Below are positions 27,031 through 39,120 of a stretch of DNA of 64,000 nt, one piece after another. A program made the translations under genes and the position numbers. The first letter of the stretch is position 1. Each line of letters starts with the position of its first letter. Source of the DNA: Octopus sinensis (taxonomy: Eukaryota); assembly GCF_006345805.1 (NCBI RefSeq), contig NC_043026.1, forward strand, positions 1,302,001-1,366,000, read 5' to 3'. A model generated the notes under the pieces. The model ran no database searches. It saw only the letters and a program-made list of their open reading frames with translations, and had not been told where the DNA came from.

Positions 27031-27394
27031 TATATATATATATATATATAAGGAGAGAGAAAGAAGGAGCATAAAATGTCAGGAAATATGCGAAGTGAAT
27101 ATATATATTTAACCACTTGATATCTGTAGGATTATGGCTGTTTCACAGCCTTCATTGTTATAAGAATAATTTCAGTGTATTCTTTTATTTTTTACTTGTT
27201 TCAGTCAATTAGACTGTGGCCATGCCGGAGAACCATCTTAAAGGGTTTTAGTCAAAGTAATTGACCCTAAGACTTATTCTACCAGTTTCTTTTTCAAAAC
27301 AGCTAAGTTATGGGAATGTAAACACATCAACATTGGTTGTGAAGCGATAGTGGAGTGGGGGGACACAAACAAAGGCACAAACCTACACACACAT

Positions 27395-27687
27395 AAACAT
27401 TCACCACGTCTAGCACCTGCAGACTTCCATCACTTCCCCAAGAAGAAAAGGCAACTCAAAAGTCATCATTTTAATACCATTGTTGAGATCCACAGTGAAT
27501 CACAGAAGGTCCTCGACTCTTATACAAAATGACTTCCAGGCCAAGTTCCAAAAGTGGCAGGAGTGCTGGGACCAGTGTGTTGCTGTACAAGGTGACTATT
27601 TCAAAGAAGATTATATTAAACTTAAGTAAATAAGTTTCTTTTTGTTATTAAACATAACTAGTGCTGGAACTTTTTGATACCACCTCA
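27395..27687 (+). mobile_element. Mariner 3' fragment with terminal inverted repeat
   Basis: SPRLAPADFH motif remnant; ends GAACTTTTTGATACCACCTCA, related to the TIR of 31131-32115. Confidence 0.65.
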
Positions 27688-27789
27688 CACCAACTTCTTT
27701 ATCATTTACATTTATACTTTAATGACAATATCAATCTAATTTTATCAGTTATTCCACACATTGTGTATATAAAGGATAATTTTATCCTA

Positions 27790-29378
27790 TCTTTGTGGTA
27801 CCAGTGCCGGTGGCACACAAGAGAAAGCCATCCGAAAGTGGCCGTAGCCAGTACCGCATCGACTGGCCTCCGTTCTGTGGGCACATGACAAACACCATCC
27901 GATCGTGGCCGTTCGCCAGCCTCATCTAGCACCTGTGTCGGTGGCACATAAAAACACCATCCGAAGACCCGGCAAGACTAGTCAGGCCATAACCCATGGC
28001 CCCTACCTGGGACGTAGTCAGTCCACCTGTGCATACCTTCCTTCTTGTGACACTTGTGAAGACCTGTTGAGGCAAGTGAAAATCAAAATCAAATCAAAAC
28101 AAATCAAAATAGATGAACATCAATGGAATCTGTATCTTTGTGGTACCAGTGCCGGTGGCACACACTTTGTGGTACCAGTGCCGGTGGCACACATGAGAAC
28201 CATCCGAACGTGGCCGTAGCCAGTTCCGCATCGACGGCCTCCGTGCTGTGGGCACGTAACAAACACCATCCGATCATGGCCGTTCGCCAGCCTCATCTGG
28301 CACCTGTGTCGGTGGCACATAAAAACACCTTCCGAAGACCGGCAAGACTAGTCAGTCCACCTGTGCATACCTTCCTTCTTGTGACACTTGTGAAGACCGG
28401 TTGAGGCAAGTGAAAATCAAATCAAATCAAATCAAAATAGACAAAATAGATGAACATCAATGGAATTTGTATCTTGTGGTACCAGTGCCTGTGGCACACA
28501 AGAAATCCATCAGTGCCGTAGTCAGTGCGGTGGGCACATGACAAACACCATCCGATCGTGGCCGTTCGCCAGCCTCATCTAGCACCTGTGTCGGTGGCAC
28601 ATAAAAACACCATCCGAAGACCCGGCAAGACTAGTCAGGCCATAACCCATGGCCCCTACCTGGGACGTAGTCAGTCCACCTGTGCATACCTTCCTTCTTG
28701 TGACACTTGTGAAGACCTGTTGAGGCAAGTGAAAATCAAATCAAAACAAATCAAAATAGATGAACATCAATGGAATTTGTATCTTTGTGGTACCAGTGCC
28801 GGTGGCACGTGGCACATAAGAAAACCATCCGAACGTGGCCGTAGCCAGTACCGCATCGACTGGCCTCCGTGCTGTGGGCACGTAACAAGCACCATCCGAT
28901 CGTGGCCGTTTGCCAGCCTCATCTGGCACCTGTGTCGGTGGCACATAAAAACACCATCCGAGCGTGGCCGTCTGCCAGCCTCGTCTGGCACCTGTGTCGG
29001 TGGCACATAAAAACACCATCCGAGCGTGGCCGTCTGCCAGCCTCGTCTGGCACCTGTGTCGGTGGCACATAAAAAACACCATCCGAGCGTGGCCGTCTGC
29101 CAGCCTCGTCTGGCACCTGTGTCGGTGGCACATAAAAAACACCATCCGAGCGTGGCCGTTTGCCAGCCTCGTCTGGCACCTGTGTCGGTGGCACATAAAA
29201 TCACCCACTACACTCTCGGAGTGGTTGGCGTTAGGAAGGGCATCCAGCTGTAGAAACACTGCCAGATCTGACTGGACTGGTGCAGCTTTCGGGCTCCCCA
29301 GACCCCAGTTGAACCGTCCAACCCATGCTAGCATGGAAAGCGGACGTTAAATGATGATGATGATGATGATGATGATGT
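27790..29378 (+). mobile_element. Tandemly reiterated RTE 3' UTR segments with a 62-63-bp repeat x5
   Basis: Three ~350-bp reiterations, then ACCATCCGA at 28891, 28953, 29015, 29078, 29141; (GAT)n tail. Confidence 0.85.
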
Positions 29379-29595
29379 ATACAAAAAGTTGAAGCATTGG
29401 TGTAACCATGATGTTCTAGTGATCTGAAGAGCCAGCCTTCTATATCTGCATTGATTTGTAAATGTAAAATTATACCATACAATGTATAGCATGTATATTG
29501 GTGCAGGTATATAAAATAATTTATTATACACCCATGTTATTATTACATGTTCAAGGCTGCAAAATGACTGTAATTCTATAGATACCAAGTGGTAA

Positions 29596-29626
<31 letters not shown>

Positions 29627-29627
29627 G

Positions 29628-29690
<63 letters not shown>

Positions 29691-29710
29691 TTATACAAAT
29701 ATATAATAAT

Positions 29711-30830
29711 ATTAGGGAGTATAACTCCAAACTTACAGGGAAAAATTCAATTTAGTTTTAAATCAAATTTCACAATATAAATATAAAAAATATAAATTAC
29801 AGATAAAACCACTATTATGCAATTCAAACAATGATAAACATAAACCAAAATATAAATAACAAATAAAATATATTTTTATAAAACATATAACTAGATCACA
29901 AAAGTATAAAAATGAATAATCAATATACAATAAGTAAAAAAACTATGTACGTTTTATGGCTATAATTAAATTCGAATTACAATTAAATTTAATTGAAATG
30001 AATCCAATTTAAAATTATAGTCAATCTTCAGGTTAAAAATAATAGTTAAATAAATAAGCAAAAAGAGTTAAACAATAATTATTAAAAAAATAAATAAAAT
30101 AATAGTATTTCTTAAAGAAGAAACTCCATTAACTAAATTTGAAACTTAAAACATTAAGATCAGTTTCCTACAATATTATGTTAAATAGTTAAGGTAAAAA
30201 AAATAGAGTAAATAGATAGAAATATGTATTTATCTGTGTATATATAATTTGGCTTAAAAAAACATTAATAAACTATGGAATATCTTTAACCTAGTTATAC
30301 TCTTATATTTAATTACCAAATTATTTAACAAAACAATCACTATTAATATTTTTAGATTTAAGTTTGCATATAATAATTATAAAATAATAAATGCATAAAA
30401 ATAAGTATCTAAATTATAATCAACAAATATAGTAATTAAAAATCTTATTTTTTTCTATCAATAAACATATAAACATATAACCAAAAATAAATTAGTCCAT
30501 TATTAATTACATAAATATTATTGATATCTTTAGAAAATATTTATGAAATACAAATTAAGAATTGAAAAATTCCAAATTAAAAACGTATACCCTATCTTTA
30601 TAAAATACTTATTATTACTATTATTAAAAACAGTTTTACGATCTAGATCGCAGAGTGACTAACTAATATCTTAAAATTTACGTTCAGATATAATAATTAT
30701 AAACTAATAATAATTAAATAAATGTACATATCTAAATTATCATTAACAAATAAAAAAAAATATATAAATTCATATTTATCAATCAATAGTTATATTGAGT
30801 ACAATAATATTTCTTAAATAAAAAAGTTTA
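29711..30830 (-). mobile_element. AT-rich HHR-bearing pLTR-like element (inverted homolog at 43165-44088)
   Basis: 29783-30712 is the reverse complement of 43165-44088; begins after (TA)n. Confidence 0.75.
29941..30034 (-). ncRNA. Type I hammerhead with long AT-rich stem II (G12->A decayed)
   Basis: Minus strand AAC-CTGAAGA-TTGACTATAATT...AATTATAGCCAT-AAAA-CGTACA-TA-GTT. Confidence 0.55.
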
Positions 30831-31130
30831 CTTATCTCTCAGAAAGCGTATAATCAACTAATATATATTCACCTCTCATACCTCCTAACTTTATATGGTC
30901 TATATATTCCTCATGAAATAACTTTATAGATTGGATTTCCTGGATTTCAGATACACAGAACACTGCATTATACTCCTCTGTATTGGATTGCTATGAGGTA
31001 TGGTAGCCGGGTCCACTGGAGGAGCTTACTGTGATTGCCATAGGATTCTAGGAATCCATATATTGCATTACAAATATATATATTTATATAATAATATATA
31101 TTATATATATATATATATATAATATATATA

Positions 31131-32057
31131 TGAGGTGTTATCAAAAGGTTCCCTGACTAGGTATGATTAATAAAAAATAACTTATCTAAATTTTAGCATC
31201 ATCTCCTTCAAGATACTCAACTTATGCGCAGCAATACACTGGTCCTAGCATTCCTGCCACTTTTGGAATCCAGTCTGGAAGTCATTTTCCATAAGCAAAT
31301 CAAGGATATTCTACGATTCACTTTGGATCTCAACAACCATATTAAAACAGCAACCTTTGAGCTGCCTTTTGATCTTGGGGAAGAGATGGAAGTCTGCAGG
31401 TGCTAAATCTGGTGAATAGGACAGGTGTGGAAGTGATACCATATTAGTTTTGGTGAGAAACTCACGAGTGAGGAGAGTTCGGTGAAGAAATCAACTCTTC
31501 GTGCTCCACAGGTTCAGCTGCTTTTTCCGAATGTCCTCCCTCGAACACTTCAAGACATCTCAGTAGAACTCTCGTTTGATGGGGTGGCCATGGAGGACAA
31601 ATTCTCGATGCACAACACCATATTTCCAGAGATGACTCTTGAGGCAGGTCATCCAGATCACTTGTCATCTTCCATGGATGCTCTCCCACTTTTGAAGCAA
31701 CCATGCCACTTGAAACATTGCATACAACCCATTGCCCCATCGCCGTAAGCTTGGCATAGCATGCTTCATGTCTCTTTAGCAGACTTCCTAAGTTTAATGC
31801 AGAATTTCATATTAGCTCTTTGTTCCAACTTCCAGTCCATGACAAAATCGCAGACTACAGCATTGTGCTGCACAATTTGTGAAGTAAACACAGCGACATC
31901 ACTCAGCACATGGCCTCATGCAAGTCACTGCTAGCTCTCACTGCACATGCAACTGTGTGCTGCCATACCACCTCACACATATATATATATATATGTATAT
32001 AAAAGAATGAATGAGACCTCGATATTATGCAAATAGAGGAATTCATCTATAAATATA

Positions 32058-32092
<35 letters not shown>

Positions 32093-32115
32093 AATAACCT
32101 TTTGATAACACCTCA
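31131..32115 (-). mobile_element. Internally deleted mariner with both TIRs
   Basis: TA|TGAGGTGTTATCAAAAGGTT ... AACCTTTTGATAACACCTCA|TA; minus-strand PYSPDLAPADFHLFPKIKRQLKG. Confidence 0.8.
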
Positions 32116-32133
32116 TATATATAATATATATAT

Positions 32134-32236
<103 letters not shown>

Positions 32237-32546
32237 TAATATATATTTATATATATATTTATATATATTTATATATATAATATATATATATATATATTTA
32301 TATATATTTATATATATTTATATATATATATTTATATATATTTATATATATATATATTTATAAGAATGCCATATTAGTATGGCCATAACTATTATTTTCC
32401 AGGAACGCTGCCGTGATCTCTTTTAGAGAGACTTAGTAATTTTAATATTCTATTATTGAATACAAGTGGATGTATTCCACTGAAACTAGGTAAATAAAAC
32501 CTTCGAACAGAGATTGTCAGAAGCGACACCTACTGGTCTGACTACG

Positions 32547-32586
32547 CTACATTGAAAAGGGGCAATACCCCGAACCGCGTCTGTAG
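32547..32586 (+). ncRNA. Minimal type I HHR, unit 1 (U3:A8; GAAC variant)
   Basis: CTACA-TTGAAAA-GGGG caata CCCC-GAAC-CGCG-TC-TGTAG. Confidence 0.7.
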
Positions 32587-32908
32587 CTGTCGGTCAAGTA
32601 GTGTGGAGCGACTGACCTCCCTTGTTCGAAGGTTGTATGGATACAGTTTGTGTATCAAATAGCTAACTTGAGGCGATGGCCTCATGGAGCTAATAAGCGG
32701 ACAGCTTTATTCTTATTTTTATAAGAATGCCATATTAGTATGGCCATAACTATTATTTTCCAGGAGCGCTGCCGTGATCTCTTTTAGAGAGACTTAGTAA
32801 TTTTAATATTTCTATTATTGAAAACAAGTGGATGTATTCCACCGAAACTAGGTAAATAAAACCATCGAACAGAGATTGTCGGAAGCGACACCTACTGGTC
32901 TGACTGCG

Positions 32909-32948
32909 CTACATTGAAAAGGGGCAATACCTCGAAACGCGTCTGTAG
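32909..32948 (+). ncRNA. Minimal type I HHR, unit 2 (U3:A8 core, otherwise intact)
   Basis: CTACA-TTGAAAA-GGGG caata CCTC-GAAA-CGCG-TC-TGTAG; stem I GCTACA/TGTAGC; palindromic ACGCGT; GUC site. Confidence 0.85.
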
Positions 32949-33270
32949 CTGTCGGTCAAGTAGTGTGGAGCGACTGACCTCCCTTGTTCGAAGATTATAT
33001 GGATACAGTTTGTGTATCAAATAGCTAACTTAAGGCGATGGCCTCATGGAGCTAATAAGCGGACAGCTTTATTCTTATTTTTGTAAGAATGCCATATTAG
33101 TATGGCCATAACTATTATTTTCCAGGAACGCTGCCGTGATCTCTTTTAGAGAGACTTAGTAATTTTAATATTTCTATTATTGAATACAAGTGGATGTATT
33201 CCACTGAAACTAGGTAAATAAAACCTTCGAACAGAGATTGTCAGAAGTGACACCTACTGGTCTGACTACG

Positions 33271-33310
33271 CTACATTGAAAAGGGGCAATACCCTGAACC
33301 GCGTCTGTAG
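33271..33310 (+). ncRNA. Minimal type I HHR, unit 3 (U3:A8; GAAC variant)
   Basis: CTACA-TTGAAAA-GGGG caata CCCT-GAAC-CGCG-TC-TGTAG. Confidence 0.65.
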
Positions 33311-33632
33311 CTGTCGGTCAAGTAGTGTGGAGCGACTGACCTCCCTTGTTCGAAGGTTGTATGGATACAGTTTGTGTATCAAATAGCTAACTTGAGGCGA
33401 TGGCCTCATGGAGCTAATAAGCGGACAGCTTTATTCTTATTTTTATAAGAATGCCATATTAGTATGGCCATAACTATTATTTTCCAGGAGCGCTGCCGTG
33501 ATCTCTTTTAGAGAGACTTAGTAATTTTAATATTTCTATTATTGAAAACAAGTGGATGTATTCCACCGAAACTAGGTAAATAAAACCATCGAACAGAGAT
33601 TGTCGGAAGCGACACCTACTGGTCTGACTGCG

Positions 33633-33672
33633 CTACATTGAAAAGGGGCAATACCTCGAAACGCGTCTGTAG
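33633..33672 (+). ncRNA. Minimal type I HHR, unit 4 (U3:A8 core, otherwise intact)
   Basis: Identical to unit 2. Confidence 0.85.
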
Positions 33673-33905
33673 CTGTCGGTCAAGTAGTGTGGAGCGACTG
33701 ACCTCCCTTGTTCGAAGATTATATGGATACAGTTTGTGTATCAAATAGCTAACTTAAGGCGATGGCCTCATGGAGCTAATAAGCGGACAGCTTTATTCTT
33801 ATTTTTGTAAGAATGCCATATTAGTATGGCCATAACTATTATTTTCAGGAACGCTGCGTGATCTCTTTTAGAGAGACTTAGTAATTTTAATATTTCTATT
33901 ATATA

Positions 33906-33949
<44 letters not shown>

Positions 33950-34022
33950 TTATATATATATATATATATTATATATATTTTATATATATATATATATTTA
34001 TATATAATATATATAATATATT

Positions 34023-34090
<68 letters not shown>

Positions 34091-34151
34091 AACGTATATT
34101 TATATATACATTTATATATATATATATTTTTATATATATATTATATATATA

Positions 34152-34923
34152 TCTATATATATAAAAGTGAAGTTGTGTGAGTATCTGTCTCCTACGATTT
34201 AGATTCCTAACTACTCCCACATTTTGCGGGGCAGTTTAACCAAATTCGGGTATCTTATAGTCGTGATTCATATCGAGCTCGTCTGGGTATTAGCATGCGT
34301 CTATGATGAGTCTACGATTTAAAAATAATTTACCATATTTTTTTTCCATTTTAACGCATATTTTTTCGTGTGTCGATGGCAGCGGAGATGGCGTCCATGC
34401 TCACACCTGCACCTGTGTTGCTTCTCCCCCTTCTTCCCTCCCTTGTGAAGCTGTGGGGAAGGGAGTGTAAGGAAATCAATGTCGTAAAGCGTTGTCAAGG
34501 AGACCAGCGTTCTTTTAAAACAACGACTTCATGGCTTGAAGACACCAAAACAGAAATGGCTAAGAAAGCCCGAAAGCAAATTCTACAAAATCGGGAAACA
34601 CGCCACACATGGAAGGTTTAACCAAAACCGGGTATCTTATAGTCATGATTCATATCGAGCCCTTATGGGTATTAGCGCACGTCTATGATGAGTCTACGAT
34701 TTAAAAAAAAATTTACCATCATTTTTTCCATTTTAATGCATTTTTTCGCTATTATATAAGGGAAGTAACTCTCTAAAAATGTCTACGATGAGTCAACGAT
34801 TTAAAAAAAAATTACCATCATTTTTTATTCCATTTTTAATGCATTTTTTTGCTATAACTCTCTAAAAATGCTTATATAGTTATTTCCCTTACAAACGCGA
34901 GCAACGCCGGGTGATACTGCTAG
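34152..34923 (+). mobile_element. Non-autonomous Helitron (second family)
   Basis: A|TCTATATATATAAAAGTGAAGTT start; subterminal GC-rich hairpin remnant (CGCGAGCAACGCCGGG) and CTAG|T at 34920-34923; internal duplication. Confidence 0.75.
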
Positions 34924-34944
34924 TATATATATATATATATATAT

Positions 34945-35630
34945 ATGGATGGATGGATCCTAAGAACATTCAGAACCAGAGATAAGGAAACCATGATGGT
35001 CCTCTGGTGGACATTCATCCTCAGCCGCCTGGATTACTGCTCACAGCTATGGTCACCCACCAGTGTAAAATTAACAGTGAACCTTGAAGCAATCCAGAGA
35101 AGATTCACAAAGAAGATCATCACTTTGCAACAGCTCAGCTACTGGGAAAGGTTGAAACAGCTAAGACTCTACTCCCTGGAGAGAAGACGGGAGAGGTATG
35201 CAGTAATATATGTCTGGAAGATCCTTGAAGGAACTGTGCCAAATTTTGGCAGTGTAAGCTACACCATTGCTAGAACGGGATGACACTGCATAGTGCCAAA
35301 GATCCCAGCAATGCCATCATGCTTCAGGACCAGCTTCTGCAACAGCCTGGATTTCAAGTGCCCACAGCTTTTTAATATTCTCCCAAAGAGTCTGAAGAAC
35401 TTGCACAAAGTAGATGTAGCAGTTTTTAAATCAAAGCTGGACATCTTCCTGTCGAGAGTCCCAGATGAACTTACCTCACGGCAAGAGGTGCAAATGAGAG
35501 TAGCTATGTCAAACTCCATTCTTCACCAAGTGCCACATATTAGAGGAGGTTCTTCGTAATAACAGTGTAGCACAAAATGGCGGTGCATCAGCATGACCGC
35601 AGCTCTAAGCTGAAACAAGCAAGAAAAATA
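34945..35630 (+). pseudogene. CR1-clade LINE 3' end
   Basis: GWILRTF...SRLDYCSQLWSP...LEAIQRRFTK...LSYWERLKQLRLYSLERRRER; one stop at 35281-35283. Confidence 0.85.
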
Positions 35631-35636
35631 ATAATA

Positions 35637-37258
35637 TAGTTGCGGCCAAAATGTGCAGAACGGCATTGATTTCATCAGAAAAGTAGGTATAAGTTTTTAT
35701 CAAAGTTGTTTTATATTCCATAATTTTAACAGACAATAAAATACAATATTAATTATTATTGTCTGAGATTTTTGTGTAATTTGAGAGGATAATAGAAAAG
35801 TTATGGATGATTTAGTGATTTACTGCAAAACGCATGGCGGCCAAAATGATCAGAACAGTTGAAAAACATAACAAAATAATCAAAAATGACAGAGAATACT
35901 GGAATTATTTAATATTTAGTGTGAAGCCCTTTAGCTTCAATCACACTTTGACATCTTCGACTGCATGAGGAAATTAAATTTTCAATTTCTTGCTGGGTGA
36001 TCTTATTCCATTCTTCCTGAAGAGCATTCCATAAGTGCTCGGTTGTTTTAGGATTTCTGGCTTTCGAACGTTCTCCTAGAATATTCCACACATTTTCAAT
36101 AGGATTAAGATCTGGGCTTTGAGCAGGCCAATCCATAACAATAATCTTTTCAGCCTTGAGAAAGTTCATGACCACCTTAGCCTTGTGACATAGGGCATTG
36201 TCCTGCATGAATATAGGTGATCGCTTAGTTGAATTTCTCAGCACAGGCAAAACATGATCTTTTACAAGTTGTTTATAAACTCCTGCATTTACCTTTCCAT
36301 GTAATCGCACCAAAGGGCCCACACCATCTCCAGATATCATCTACCAAACCATGACACTTCCTCCACCGAATTTAACACTAGTCTTAAGGCATTTAGGCGA
36401 CAATTTTTCACCTACTTTTTGACAAATGTATCTTTTCCCATCTGAGCCAAATAACATAAACTTAGATTCATCACGGAAATGCACCATTTGCCATTTTTCT
36501 TGAGACCACAACACATGTTCGGTTGCAAAGGTAAGATGACACTTTTTATTCTTGGAGCTGATCAGTGGCTTCACTGCAGGTGCTCTTGCTTGTAGGTCAT
36601 GTTCAACTAAACGACGAGACACAGTTTTTCGAGATAAAGTTTTCTTCAATACAATGCTCATTTTCCGAGAAACAGCAGCAGCAGTTTTAAATCTGTCCTT
36701 TTTAACCAACTTTACCATAGCACGATCTTCTCTCTTGGTCGTTTTTCTTGGCCTACCTGTAGACTTTGTTGCTTCATACGAACCACAATCATCGTAGACC
36801 TTAAGAATACCGTGAACAACACTTTTTCACTTGTTAACAATAGACCCAATACTTAAATTATTCTTCTTTCGAAGCTTAATAATCTGCTGACAAATTGGTA
36901 ACGGAGTAAGTGGCATTATATTAACAAAGTACACTGCAGATACTCTTACTAATGTTTAGTAAATGAACCGTCAGGTAAACAAATTCAAAACATCAGAGTT
37001 CACCGGTTAAATATACTAAAACACTGAGTATAAGCAACCGTTCTGATCATTTGGGCCACCATGGGTTTGTCAGTAAATCCCTAAATCATCCATAACTTTT
37101 GTATTATCCTCTCAAATCACACCAAAATCTCAGACAATAACAAATAATATCGTATTTATTGTCTGTGAAAATTATAGACAATAAAACAACTTTGATAAAA
37201 ACTTATACCTACTTTTCTGACGAAAACAATGCCGTTCTGAACAATTTGGCCGCAACTT
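35637..37258 (-). mobile_element. Full-length Tc1-family transposon with ~225-bp IR/DR-type TIRs; transposase with in-frame stops
   Basis: TA-flanked (C/T)AGTTGCGGCCAAA ends; GRPRKTT, FRDESKF, FMQDNA, SPDLNPIENVW (DD34E); stop at 36341-36343 splits the ORF. Confidence 0.9.
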
Positions 37259-37312
37259 TATATATATATATATGTTTATATATATATATGTTTATATATA
37301 TATATATATGTT

Positions 37313-37347
<35 letters not shown>

Positions 37348-37406
37348 ATATTTATATATACATATATATTCATATATATTCATATATATTCATATATATA
37401 TATTTA

Positions 37407-38680
37407 TTGGGTTATCCCATAAATAATGCAGTTTTTTATACTGCTTTTATTTTTTAAAATTATGATAAACAGAGTTCTTTTTTGATCTAAAACATATTCT
37501 CCTTCATTTTCTACAATGCTCCTCCATCTATCTGGTAGACATGCAAGGCTCCTCTTCCAAAATTCTCTTGTCCATGATGAAAAATACTCCTCCAGTACTG
37601 TTCTGATCTCAACTATAGAATTCATATTTTTTCTATCCAAAATATTTTGAAGACTTCCAAATAAAGGATAATCAGATAGCAGAATATCTGGTGAATATGG
37701 TGGTTGGGGCATTGTTTCCCATTCAAACTGCTCCAGCCTTTGGGATGTCATCCTCTGTGTATGTGGCAGAGCATGATCCTGATGGAAGAACACCTTTCAT
37801 CTTGAAACCAAAGATGGTCGTTTTTCTTCCAGTGCTGACTTCAGCTGCTCGCAGTAGATCTCCTTTGTTATCCTTTGGTTTGGGTTTAAAAGTTCGAAGT
37901 GGACTAAACCTTTCATATCCCACCAAACAGATAACAATGCCATACTTGGGCGAAGTTCTTCTTTAACCTAGGGTGCCGGTGTTTCTCCTTTCTCTACCCA
38001 CTGTCTTCTGTGCTTGACATTTTTATAGAGAACCCATTTCTCATCACCAGTCACTATTCAGTCTGTAAAAGGTTCATTCATGAGATGTGGTAGTGAAGAA
38101 GTGCACACATTCACTCTCTGCATGTGATTAGACTTGGACAGTCTGTGAGGAACCCATCAACCCAATTTACTGATTTTTCCAGTGGCAAGCAGATGTCGAG
38201 GAATGGTTGAATGACCAAATCCAAGCTTCTCTGCTAGTTCCTCAACAGTTTCAGTGGGATTTTGTTCCACCAGGGTTTGCAGGACATCCTTGTCGAGCTC
38301 TACAGACCTTTCAGGATGAGGCTCATCTTCCAGGCTGTAGTTTCCAACTCGGAATTTCTGGAACCACTGTTCACACTGGCTTCCATTTATTGTCCGATCC
38401 CCATACACTGCATTAATATTTCTCACACTCTCTGTTGCGTTTTTGCCTTTATTAAACTCATAAAGCTAAATAAGCTGAACATGCTCTTTTGTCACTTCCA
38501 TTTTAGCTTGGAAAAAACTTAAAATCGAATTGCACTCGTCAAAACTTGCACTAAGAATAAGGGCCAATGGAAAATTACTCCCTGCTTTTATAGCAAGTTG
38601 ATGCAGGTAGTTTATCCCATCCTCCTCTGACTTTTAGTTCATGCAATTGAAAAAACTGCATTATATATGGGATGACCCAA
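37407..38680 (-). mobile_element. Full-length degenerate mariner
   Basis: TIRs TTGGGTTATCCCATAAATAATGCAGTTTTT / AAAAACTGCATTATATATGGGATGACCCAA; WFQKFRVGNYSLEDEP, HQDHALPH, QPPYSPDI. Confidence 0.85.
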
Positions 38681-38719
38681 CAGTTGTCTGTGAAGGTGTG
38701 TATGTGTATGTGTGTCTAC

Positions 38720-39120
38720 CTTATATTTTTTACTTGTTTCAGTCATTAAACTGCAGCCATGTTGGGGCACTCACTGCCTTGAAAACATTTTTGTGCATTG
38801 AATTGACACCAGTATTTTTTTTCAAGCCTGGTACTTATTCTATTGATCTCTTTTGCCAAACCACTAAGTTACTGTGACATAAATTCACGAACACTGGCAA
38901 TATATGTTGTGAAGCAGTGGTAGGGGACAAACACAGGCACAAAGACCCACAAGCACACACACACACACTCATACAACTGGCTTCTTTCAGTTTCCATGTA
39001 CCAAATCCACTCACAAAACTTTGGTTGGCCCAGGGCTACAGATAAGACACTTGCCCAAGTGTAACTGAAACCAGAACCATGTAGCTCGACAGTTATCTTC
39101 TCCCCGTACAGCCATACAAT
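38720..39120 (-). mobile_element. Diverged major-family SINE
   Basis: Homology to 14056-14461. Confidence 0.6.

Larger units (their letters stand above)
32361..33900 (+). mobile_element. Retrozyme-like tandem array: 362-bp unit x4.25, one hammerhead per unit
   Basis: Units start at 32361, 32722, 33084, 33446, 33808; bounded by (TA)n; no ORF. Confidence 0.9.
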
